DNA of 64,000 nucleotides from the human T2T-CHM13v2.0 reference genome, Homo sapiens. The translations under genes and the position numbers were made by a program. The stretch's first letter is position 1. Every line of letters starts with the position of its first letter. The stretch lies in assembly GCF_009914755.1 (NCBI RefSeq), contig NC_060929.1; one strand, 5' to 3'. Below the pieces are notes generated by a model that saw nothing but the letters and a program-made list of their open reading frames with translations, searched no databases and was not told where the DNA came from. This document shows positions 13,366 to 24,205 of this stretch, piece after piece.

Positions 13366-16300
13366 CCACGTTAATACAAAAGTAGGATTTGTGGGTGTTT
13401 ACTAATTGTTATGATACACCACTAATACACTTTTTTCTTGCTTTATACCAAAGGAAATAGTACTTATTATTAAATAATTAGACAAAATTCAACAACCTTC
13501 TTGGTGCAGTTCAATTTTATTATATTTATATATTTTTAATTGGATGCAAACAATTTTTTTCCTTTCAGTCTAAAAATATTGATTAAAATCCATTCCTTTA
13601 CCCAGCGGTGGTACAAACATGTTTGAAAGAGTCTTAGAAAAATTGGTCCATTCTTTATTTTCTTACTTTAAAAATAAATCAGCTGAAGCTTGGAGATCTT
13701 ATGTGACTTCTCCAACGATGTATAGTTGATATCAGAGATGGAACAAAATCCAGTACATTAAGGAAGCAATTCTGAGAATATTCACAATTACTACACTATA
13801 GTGTGGAATAAGACTAGAAGTGAATTTGATTTATTTTCAAATTAAAAAAATTATGAATCAAAACATGTGAAGTGGCTTAAAATCATATGTTGGTTGAATT
13901 GAATGAGAAAGGTGAAATTGGACAAAAACATGCATGAACTATATCTCGGCATGGTTCCATAGAGGCCATGTCTTGTCCCTCAATAAACATTTTTTTTTTA
14001 AATTTTAGAGCATAATTAAGTTACTCCTTAATGACTATTTTAAGAGACACTAACAAGGGTATAAAAATAAAAGCCAAGGTATGTGAACTTTCCATTTACG
14101 TAAGCTTGCTAAATAAGCCCCTCTTCCTGCACCTCTCTAGGCAACTGATCCTGAGCACACGTCTCCATGGCGGCAGGAGTCATTGCTTTTTAGATCACAT
14201 TCTCCGAGCAAGAGCCGAGAAATCGATATCTCTCACAAGGCTGTAGACGTGCTGGAACTGATTAGTCATTAACCTATTGTCACTCCTCCCAGCGCTCATG
14301 GAAGGAGTTGCAGCATGTCAATGGATTTTAAAAGAGTACCAGGATTAAACTTCTCCATGGCAGTGGGCATTTGTGAAAGGTCTGTTCTGAAATACCAGTA
14401 CCATCTTCTCACATGTTAAGGGCCAAAAATCTCAGTAAGTCACTCCAAATCAGGTTTTACAGATGATTTTTTGAAATATTGATTCTGGTATTGTCCCTGA
14501 AAATTTAATTTATCAAATAAGCCAATTAAGAAGCGTCTTTTAAAGGCACGTAGGGACCATTCAGCACTGGATGGACAAGAAAATGAACATATTAATCTTA
14601 CAGTCAGCAACGTTTTGTTGATGCTTTGGAAACTGAACTGCAAAGGAGTACTTAAATGAACTGAAAGAGTTAATTTGACTTCTAAGAGCCATAAACTGGC
14701 TTGGGTTGGGTGGATTCTGTATTCCCAGACTCTGGTTCAATAAAAATGTAAATGTTATCTGGGTACACAAAGCATATTTCATGGCGATAATGAATCTGTT
14801 GACATACTGTTCATACTTTATTATATAAATTTTAGTAATGTATTTGCCAGAGAGAAAAATGAATACACAGGGAAAGACTCTGTGCTCAGCTCTACAATCT
14901 GCCCCAGGTTGGCTGGCACACGTTCGCTTCTGACCTTGGCGCAGTTTGCTGGGCTGCCTTGATTTAATCAATCAGAGCCCTGTGGATGTTGAGAGGAACA
15001 CGACGGCGTCATTGACTGAGCTAATCTAACTGGATTTGAAATAGGAGCTAGAAGATGGGTTATTTTTAAACCAAAACCCACTGATGCATAAACCTATCCT
15101 GCAGCGTGATTGCTTAGATTTATAATCGATTAGGTGTGTCTTAGTGTGTATGTAATCCCTGAGAGGTGACCACATTAGGAGGGGATGGGCTTGAGTTCGC
15201 AGGCAGAGGAGGCCTTCTCCTTTGGCTGGCCTGCCGTAGGCTCTGCCTGCAGGCCCAGAATGGAGTGCTGTTTAGTGTGACCTGTTACCAGCATGGGCTT
15301 TCTAATTTGCAAGGCCGCGGGCAAAACGGACATGCAGAACCTTTTGATCAAAAATTTTGAAGAATTTCAGGGTGGTGACAGCAGAACCTTAAACCAGCTG
15401 CACAAGTCACAGATCCAAAAAGTCAGCCTTGCTTGCTGGGTTATGAGGATAGAGGGCTGCCCTCTAGCGTTACAGGAAAGAGGAATTCTGCTTCCTGATG
15501 TTTGCTTTTTATTTTTTCTCCCACAGGCCCAGTTAGAGATTCCCCAGCAGGTTTCTTTTTGCAACAAATAAATTGCTACAGAGTAAATATATGGGAGAAC
15601 CTCTTGCTCTCCAGGCCTTACCCTTGGAGTGGCAGCCCTGCTACCCAGAGACACAGAAATGAACCAGAGGTCTCCTTTGGGGTCCCTTTAGTTTCAAGAG
15701 TCCATATTTCACGCTCCTGGCTTTGTACTAAAGGACGTTTTTCATTTTACTTCATATGGCTTGTAAGTTATTATTTTGTTTCTTTTTTTCTTTTTTTCCT
15801 TTTTGAAATACAAACTTGTGGAGAACTTTTTAAAAGGCATACTTAGTGCAATCGATTCTAAAACATGAATACAGAAACTGTAATGATTGTACTGTTTCAC
15901 TTTTTTTGGTATTAAACATAAAGCAATGACAGAAGCCCGCATAAAAATAAGCATCAAAACAAAACAAAGATCAAACAAAGCCTCAGAGAAGCACTGACAT
16001 ATTCTTCGTTTTTATATTATTTTCCTTCTAAGTCCTGTGTCTATGATGATGAAATTTAAATTGTAGTGTTCAGGAGGAAAGGAGGAGTAGGAATGTTGAT
16101 TTTTGTTCCTGTTTCACTTCTTGTAGCCTTACTTTTCAAAGTAAATTGGAAACTATTACAAGGGTCCCAGGATCCCTGTCTTTCCCACGCCTTCACCCTG
16201 CCCCCTTCATCCAGCACATGGTAGGCACATAATGTTAGTTTAATAAACTAATGGAAGGATGAGTGAATTAAAAAAATTCAAAAAGATCAAGGGCAAAATA

Positions 16301-19145
16301 ATCTCCATGTCATTACATTGTAACAAAATTTCTTAAAAGTCTTAAGACTGCCTTTACCATACAGAGAACATATATATGGTATACATACTGGATATTTAAA
16401 AGATTCCACTTCCCCACTAGGAAGAAGGAGACAGTAATTAAGCATTTCCTTTTCCTCATAAGTTTTTCAGCTCTTTTCGCATAAACCTAAATGACGGATT
16501 ATTTATTTTTTCTCCCTTCTTGAGTGGGTGAAGACAAACATGTATCAATACAAGGGGTAAAGAAGCAGCAAAGATTGAAGAGAAGATGAATAATTAGTCT
16601 GTTGCTAGCACAGGAAAGGACTGGAAATGTGCAACTCTGCCCGCCCCAGAAAGACCAAGCACACAGCCGGAGGAAGACAGAACCAACACAATAGAAACCG
16701 TGTCCAGCTTCCCACTCAACCGTGTTTCCTTGGAAGGGATTGGGTTCTGGATATTTATACCGCGGATTCATCAGTGTTGTCTGTCATGGAAGCTTGCTCT
16801 CAGAACCTTCAAAAACCTAAAATCTGGGAGTATAGTAATCACATCCTGAGGTTCATAGCAAAGCACCGAGCCCAAAGCATCCAGCCCAGTGAGGTTTGGT
16901 GGGAGGGTCTGAGGTTGAAATTACCTGGGTTACAGTCACAGGAGGGTGTTGGAGTGGAGGGCAGGCAGGACAGGGTGGGGGCAGCAGTCCATAAACACTG
17001 CAGGGAAGAGAATTTCTTTCTGCTGCTAGGGCAGGATGACCCACGGTGGGAGGTGAGCCTTGGGACCTACAGGAGGCTTCAGGGGGACACCCCCCCACCC
17101 ATTGCCTCCTCCTCCACTCCTTGTTTCCAGGTCCTCAGAAGGAGGGAAGTCCAGGGACCAGGGAGCCTGGTGGGGCCGGACCTGAGGTACTGCACGCAGC
17201 CCTGGGCCCAGTCTCCTCGGCCACCTCCCTGCCTCTGGTGTCTATGAGATCTGCGGGTGAGCTGTGCAGCTCCTGAGCCCTCATCCTTAGGCCCTGTGGG
17301 CACTGACGGATGCTAAAATGAAAACCTCTGGAAGGATCCGTGCCCGGCCTGGCCCTGTGCTCAGGGTAACGCAGCTACCTAGCTTACATGCCCTCTGCCA
17401 GCGAGGAGGACAGGACAGCCAGGGAGGCGGGGCATGGGGCCACTCGAGAAGGTTCTGAGGTCTTAGGTGGTGACAAGGCTGAGTCCTGAGAGCTGGTCAT
17501 CTCCTGGAAGAGATGAAAAGTGCATGGAACAGCCCTCTGGGGCTGCCCTCTGGGATGCTCGCTGGTGGCAGGAGAAGGGAGGGCTCTTGTGCCTTGGATT
17601 CCTTGGGGTAAGGCTTTGGGGGAGGAGGTGGGATTTGGGGGCTCTTTGGGCCGGACCACACTCGAATAGGAGGAAACTTCCAGAAGGGTGGGTTCCTTTG
17701 GTGATAAGCAATGAAGCCCCTTCGGCCCCCAGGGCGAAGGCCAGCGGCCTCCGCTCCCACGCGTGTCGGGAGGGGACACTGTCCCTGGTGACATCCGCCC
17801 CCACAACGCTCCTGCCGGGTCTCTAGCGCCTCCTGCGTCCAGGCCCCCAAGGTGACAGGGAGGGAGCTACTCCCAGGGCCGACCCGCCCGCTCCCGCGCC
17901 CAGCCGCTCTCCCCGGCGCCCCTTTGCCGCCATCCCCGCTCAGCAGAGGGGCTCGGCGAGGACCACGACCAGCCACGGGGCAGCTCTGTAAACCTGTGAT
18001 ATGACAGGCTTATACGGCACCTCCAAAGTGTGACTGAAGCTGAGCGTGCAGGGCGCAACGGACGCTGCCCCCGCGAGGCCGTGGCGGGGGCTCCCAGTGC
18101 AGTCACTGCCGCTTCACTTCCACATGGTGCGGGTCTCCAGTTAGGTCCCCTGGCGTTTCCGCGCCCTGCCGCCCTCGCAGGGAGCCCCGGCCCTCTCAAG
18201 AGGGTGGAGAGGATGGGGGAGCCCTCAACCCTGCTACGCTGAGGGGAAGAAGGGCTGGACGGCAAACCGGTGCCCACCGCGGGGAGGCGGGAAGGGTGGG
18301 AAATCCTCTCCAGCTCCCCAAAAGAGTGAAAAGGAGGGAGACCCCGCTGTCCTCTGACCCGCGTACTAAAGGAGGGACCCCCCGGGTCCTCTGACCCCGG
18401 CTGCGCTCTGTGACTGTGGGGGAGGGTGGGAGCAGGCCCCGCAGCCCACTAAGGGGTGGAGGAAACAGGAGGGTGGCAGCGTCCCTGCCCGCTGACCTTG
18501 AGGTAGTGGAGAGGAGCTGAGGAGCCCCGCAGTGCTCCGAGCCAGGTGGGGCGGGGGGAGTGGTGGGGGTAGGACTCCCTCCCTCCACCCCTTAGGCTGT
18601 GTTCTCACTTCGTAGCGGGGAGGGCCGTCCCTCCCACCCCACCCACGCTGCACTCGGGATAGGGCAGAGGAGGTGGACGACCTGGTGGCTGAGTGTGGGA
18701 GGCCGGCGGGCGAGGACGACCCCGGGCCGGGGCGCAGCGGGAGCCCCTCAGTTCGCCACTCCCCCCACCGTACAGCCCCCGCCGTCCCCAGCCTGCAGCC
18801 GGGCCGTCGGGTGGGGGCCGACACCGCCCCTGCACGGAGGCCGGCTGCGCGCGGGGCGGGGAGCGGCGGGCGGAGGGCCCCGTGGAACCCGCCCCCTCCC
18901 GCGCGGTGGCGGTGGCGGCGGCGGCGCCGGGAGCTGCCCCCGAGGCCGCCGCCCGGCCCCCGCCCGCGCGTCAGCGCGCCCAGCCCGGGGCGCCGAGCTC
19001 CGCCCGCGCCGGAGGCCCCTGCGCGCAGCTCCGGGTGCCGGCAGCCGGGCCGGCCGAGGCGGCGCGGGGGTGGGACGCGGGCGGCCGCGGCGAGCGGCGC
19101 TGCCCGGGCCGGGCGCGCACGGCGGGCGCCCTGTGAGCGGCCCCG

Positions 19146-19355
19146 ATGTGGCAGGAGGCGATGCGGCGCCGCCGCTACCTGCGGGACCGCTCCGAGGAGG
19201 CGGCGGGCGGCGGAGACGGGCTGCCGCGGTCCCGGGACTGGCTCTACGAGTCCTACTACTGCATGAGCCAGCAGCACCCGCTCATCGTCTTCCTGCTGCT
19301 CATCGTCATGGGCTCCTGCCTCGCCCTGCTCGCCGTCTTCTTCGCGCTCGGGCTG
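19146..19355 (+). CDS. ADCY2: Adenylate cyclase type 2, coding part of exon 1 (aa 1-70: cytosolic N-terminus plus first TM helix)
   Basis: Translates to MWQEAMRRRRYLRDRSEEAAGGGDGLPRSRDWLYESYYCMSQQHPLIVFLLLIVMGSCLALLAVFFALGL, recognised as the human ADCY2 N-terminus. 210 nt, ending at the canonical donor CTG|GTGAGT (19355/19356). In-frame TGA at 19134-19136 just upstream. Lies in a CpG island. Confidence 0.97.
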
Positions 19356-19442
19356 GTGAGTGGCCTCCCCGCGGGTCCAGCGCCGCGCCTTCCCCGGCCC
19401 TGAGAGGAGCCCGGCCAGCCGAGCCGCGTCCCGCTCCGGGCT

Positions 19443-19495
19443 GCCCCTCGGCCCGCGGCAGCCCCTCGGCCCGCGGCAGCCCCTCGGCCCGCGGC
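19443..19495. repeat. GC-rich 18-bp minisatellite, about 3 copies
   Basis: gcccctcggcccgcggca x2 plus gcccctcggcccgcggc. Confidence 0.95.
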
Positions 19496-22400
19496 TCCCT
19501 GCTTCTCCTGCTGGCCCGCGGCCCGGTGGACTCTGGCAAGGGCTGCGGGCGGGAGAAAAGTTTCCTGGGAAGGCTCTTCCCAAAATAAAGTTCCCGAGGT
19601 GTTCACCAGGTGGACGGGCAGGGCGTGTGCTTTTTGCATCTTTGCGCACCCACTGGCAAACTCTGCGCTTTCCGCCGGGCACCGCTGCCCGCAGCGCTCG
19701 AATAGGTCTTCCCCGACTCAGCCCTGGGCTTCCTGGGCGAGTCGCTGTCTCCTGCCCGGTTCCACTGGCATGGCCCCACAGTTGGCATTTTAGTTGGGAT
19801 TGGGCGTTATTCAACTCTGCAGAAAGCCTGCCTTGGGAAAGTGGTTAATGACAAGGAAAATGAAGAAGAAAAATTAAGTATACATCTTTGCCTTTAAATC
19901 TGTATGCATTTAGCTCTTTAGCCCGATAGACGGAAAGTGATGTGGTGTTGACTTGTGAATCAATCTTTCATCTCAGAGACTACAGTTAAGAAGCGTTTGG
20001 GACGGACGATTGCTTTCCCGTTTCTAAAGAAGTAACGTGTTTAGGGTTTTGGACAGGTTATTAAAGTGGATTTCATCACGAGGAGTATAATGCAGCTCAA
20101 CAGCTGATGTCAGTTTTGCCAGTTTATATTTTTCAAGCAGAAATCCTTGGCTCGCTCCCTTGAAAAGTGAGGGGAAGTCTGTAGATGGCGATAACTTCCT
20201 GTTACTGATCTCTGAGTGTGTGGTTCAAACTTTTGCACTGCCTGTGACATGCATGTGCAGATTTTGTGCGAGGCATTGATTATCCACCAGTGAGTTTTTT
20301 TTTTTTGTTTTTTTTTTTTTTTTAGTCAGTGGTTGATCTGTGAATGTGTCCACTGGGTGATGTATTTTGAGCTTAGAATATAAATATGTGCCTATATTTA
20401 TATGTGTCCACCACCAAAGAAGTGGATTTTGCTTATATTTCACCATGCATAAAATAGCTGTCCTTGGTATTTGGCAATTTGTTTAGGATGTCCGGAGCCA
20501 GATGGTGTTCAAATGTTATGCATGGGAAGAATTGTTACCATCATGTTTTTAAAAAATAAAAAAATTCCCCCACACCACTCAATGGTAGCTGTCTACTGAT
20601 TGAGTTCAATGAGGTAAGAATAGAAATAGAATGTAGGAGGCCATGAAGTCACAGATCACACACTGGCTCTTGTACTATCAAACCTAGAGCAGAGAGTAAC
20701 TTTTGATCCCTGTAGTCTAGATAGGAGTCCGGAGAAACCCTCACTCTCTCCACATGTAACCAGCCTTCTATGCTCTCTGGAATGGCATTTTTATCTCTCT
20801 TTACTACTTTTAGGAACAAAAAGGACTTGGGGAGAGACTTCTGCTCAGTCTCATGGGCAAGCAGGATCTCTAAAGTCATCTACTTATTATTTTTTACTTG
20901 CCAGGAAGAAAAGAAACATCAGAGTTTTCCTTTGGAAATCTGTTCTGCTGGGGCATTTCAGCTTGTGATTCTCTTGAACCTGTAATTCAAACCTGCTCTG
21001 GCTTGTTCTCTTCTAAATGGAAAGGAGCAGGTGATGACCTATTTATAGCAGCATTAATATATTTAAAGACAAGTGTGAAATTCATGCTTCCTCTGCACAC
21101 ACCACTTTGTTTTCTGTGATGGAGAATTCTAATTTCTTAAACCTCATTGATAGAGATTCTTGAATGGGTCACTCAGAGATTTAGCATTATTGGGCTTAAA
21201 GCACCCTTCTTTGAATTGTCTTTGTTCTTTGTATTTGTGTGTCTATATTCAATTCCTTTATGTTCCATTTTGCTTGGTGCATCTGTGTTAGTGGTACCCT
21301 TTTCAAAGCGTTTTCCACGCATCTTTACTTTTCCTTGATAAATCAATCATTTTAATGCTCCTCTTGCCTTCAGCTAAATCATTTTAAGCACAAAGTGGGC
21401 ATTTCCCACAGCATGGCTGTCACCTATGGTGAGGTCCAGAGACAGTGAAATGAATCCTGTCCTTGGCCATACCTAATTCATGGTCTCATGTCTACTATGT
21501 GCACCCTTCAAAGAGATAAGCTGTGCAGAAATGTTCCAGAATCAGGGAGGGTTACTCAGTCTGATAGAAAAGCCACCTTCAGGCAGAGACCAGCTGCAGG
21601 ACCAAGTCGGAAGGAGCTATGCCTAGGAGAAATGTGCCCTGTGTTCTGAAACCGGACCTGAGTCGGGACTGGGATGATGTTGGGCTCCCAACAGCCTGTT
21701 TCTATTTTGATTTTAGAAACACCATAACCAGCATCTCTGCTTTCCAAAACACGTTCTCCATCCAGATAGTCAGCGATGGCTGGGGTAGGGACATTTGAAG
21801 GTAGAATAGGGCTAAGGTAAAGCTGTGTTCATGTAATTAGAGATGAGTTCATTTCTTGGGCTGGCAGGGCTTCGCTTCAGAGAGGTCTACCTTGGGAGGT
21901 GGGAATGGCTGCTTTGGGACCCTGCCAAGGTTTCCATGCTGGAGCACTTTACTTGAATAGCTGGGCTGTCATGCAATTCAGGAGCTAAGCAGATCTATTT
22001 TTGCTGCCTAAAATCTTGGACAGATTCCTTTTTTTCCCCCTGAATCTGCCTGATTTTGATTTCCATTAGACTTTCATCAGTTCTTATAGAAGTTTGGCAA
22101 TCTGCTTAAAGCACATCCCTAGCCTCCTAGAGCATTTGGACTACAAAATGCTCTTAGCATAATGCAAGTACATAGAGATTTTTTTGCTGTATGTAATTGC
22201 CTTTGTAGAAGTGATTTGGAATACATACTAAAAAGAAAAAAGCAAGCTTCATTTTGATTTAATATTTCCCTAATTGATATTGTTCACAAAGTGATTTCAT
22301 TTAATTTCAACCTTTGATCAATCCTTGATTCTGCATTGTTGGCCCTAAAGTTAAAGTAATCCTCAAAGTTTTATATGCTGTAAAAGTAAATTCTGAATTG

Positions 22401-23839
22401 AAACTTCACAGTCTTGGTTAATTTATTATTTTCTACATGAAAACTATTAAGTAGTTTTAATCCCATATTTGTGAAGAATTATTTGAAGACAGGAAACTCA
22501 GTAAATATAAAATTTGATGGCATGTCTTGAATTTAAATATTCTGTTTAATAATATGAGTAATAGTTTCTGCTGTTTATCATGGAGAGTATTCATGAAAAA
22601 TCTGATTTATAATTTTTTCACCATCAGCTTGTTGAGTGCCTACCAAGTGCCAGGAATGGCAATAATGCTGGGCATGGGGAACAAAATAAAATTGACCCCT
22701 GGCATCAGAAAACTTAGAGCTAATGAAATGAAATTTTAAGTCATAAATCTTATCATGTCACTTGGTTTTTAATTTTTTTCTTTTTCTTTTTCTCATTTTT
22801 TTCTCTTTCTACTTTGTTTTTTGGAACTGGTTTTTATTACTGAATGCATGAAAACCCTTTTTCAGAATTTAATACTCTCATTTATTATATCCAAAATCAG
22901 CCAGCTGTTTTCAAAATTTGCCTGTCAGTGTTAAGAAAGGTTGACATAATTTTTTTTTATTTTGTCAGGATACCAGCTGGCTCCAGCCAGATTTGTTTTG
23001 GCTAAAACTTATGATTAGGAATAGTCAATATTTCAATATAAATGAAAAAATTTTATTCCATAATTTTAAGTAGTCAGAGAAATAAAGTAGATTTTTTTTA
23101 GTATGATACTGAAATAAGAGTATGCACTTTTATTAACTATAAATAGGTAATATATGTGACTGAGAATATGGCCCACCTTGTTTCTTTTATGGTGATGTAA
23201 TGAGCTAGATATTTAAAACAATAACCAGAGGTATTTTTATGATGAATCAATGTTCCAGCATCAGATATTTTTTCGAAGGGCAGATTTATCAGAGAGGTTC
23301 TTTTGTGTGTACATAGAGAAAGAATCTTATTCTTCCAAAACAAATTAACATAGCTAATTATTTGTAGAGGCCAACCAACTTTATTATTCCAGACAATCTT
23401 TCAGCACCCCCAATAGGTGGAAGAATCACCTCCTTCCTTGGGGGTTGAAGGATGGGAGGGCAGACAAATGTGCCCAACATCCCCTCTAAGAAGCAGGAAA
23501 TTCTGTGCATGCTTTCTCTAGTTTCCCTTGTGGAAGGGAATAGAGCATGTTCTCAGGTATTGCAGTAAAGGTAACTAAAGATTCATCTTTTTATGCATTT
23601 CTATACACGCAGGAAATCTTACTCTGCAGGTGCTTGTAATTTGCAACCAGTAATTCTCTAAGTCGTTTTAGTTATAATTTACTTGTGGTATAACAAAGGC
23701 CAAGGGAAAACTGTAATTTTCTGCAGGAAAGATGGTTGCAATTTAGAGGCCTAGCTAGAAAGGATTTGGAAGCATCCTTTGGATATTGAAATGTATGATT
23801 AAATATATACATGGCACCTTCCTTTCCCATTTTGAAAGG

Positions 23840-24048
23840 ACAGTGGAGTGAAATGGTTGAGAGCATCTGCCTGTGTGGGAGTTGTGGCTTTGTCCATTTC
23901 CACTTCTGTGACCTTGGGAAAATTGTTTAACCTATGTCTCAGTTTCCTTGTTTGTAAAATGGCATGGTACCTGCCTTGTAAGCTGATGTCCTCAATTAGT
24001 ACATGCAAAGCCCTTAGAACAATGCCTGGCATAAAGTAAGCCTCCAGG
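23840..24048 (+). mobile_element. MIR
   Basis: tgtgaccttgggaaaattgtttaacc...tctcagtttccttgtttgtaaaatgg...cttagaacaatgcctggcataaagtaagc. Confidence 0.85.
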
Positions 24049-24137
24049 ACTGTTAGCTGTTCCTAGGTCTTTGTAGCTGCATTTTCACTGTTACTGTGAG
24101 GGAATACTGTAGTCACATTGCATTAGAGCCAGAAAGG

Positions 24138-24205
24138 TGCTCATTCTACAGATGATGAAACTGAGACCCGGAGAAGTGAACTCATCTCTTCAAGGTCATG
24201 CAACT
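24138..24205 (-). mobile_element. MIR core fragment
   Basis: cattctacagatgatgaaactgagacc...caaggtcatgcaact. Confidence 0.7.

Larger units (their letters stand above)
17720..19760. promoter_or_regulatory. ADCY2: CpG island / TATA-less ADCY2 promoter and 5' UTR
   Basis: Very high GC and CpG density against CpG-depleted flanks. GC boxes GGGGCGGGG at 18548-18556 and 18853-18861. No TATA box seen before the ATG. The TSS cannot be placed from sequence alone. Confidence 0.9.

Noticed and set aside
14560-14580. REST/RE1-like ttcagcact...ggacaa (also partial matches at ~17775-17795 and ~49520)
   Set aside because: Wrong spacing or only half sites. Too many mismatches to TTCAGCACCACGGACAGCGCC to call.
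19356-19403. ORF-track extension of exon 1 (VSGLPAGPAPRLPRP*)
   Set aside because: Read-through past the canonical GTGAGT donor. The true protein continues in exon 2.
18366-19814. 482-aa antisense ORF, and the overlapping 329-, 197-, 162- and 147-aa frames across the CpG island
   Set aside because: Mostly non-ATG starts with Arg/Gly/Pro/Ala low-complexity products. Stop codons are rare in very GC-rich DNA, and the RGPRGC repeat is just the 18-bp minisatellite.
23840-24205. Adjacent oppositely oriented MIRs as a dsRNA hairpin
   Set aside because: The copies are too diverged and the overlap too short to support a stable duplex.
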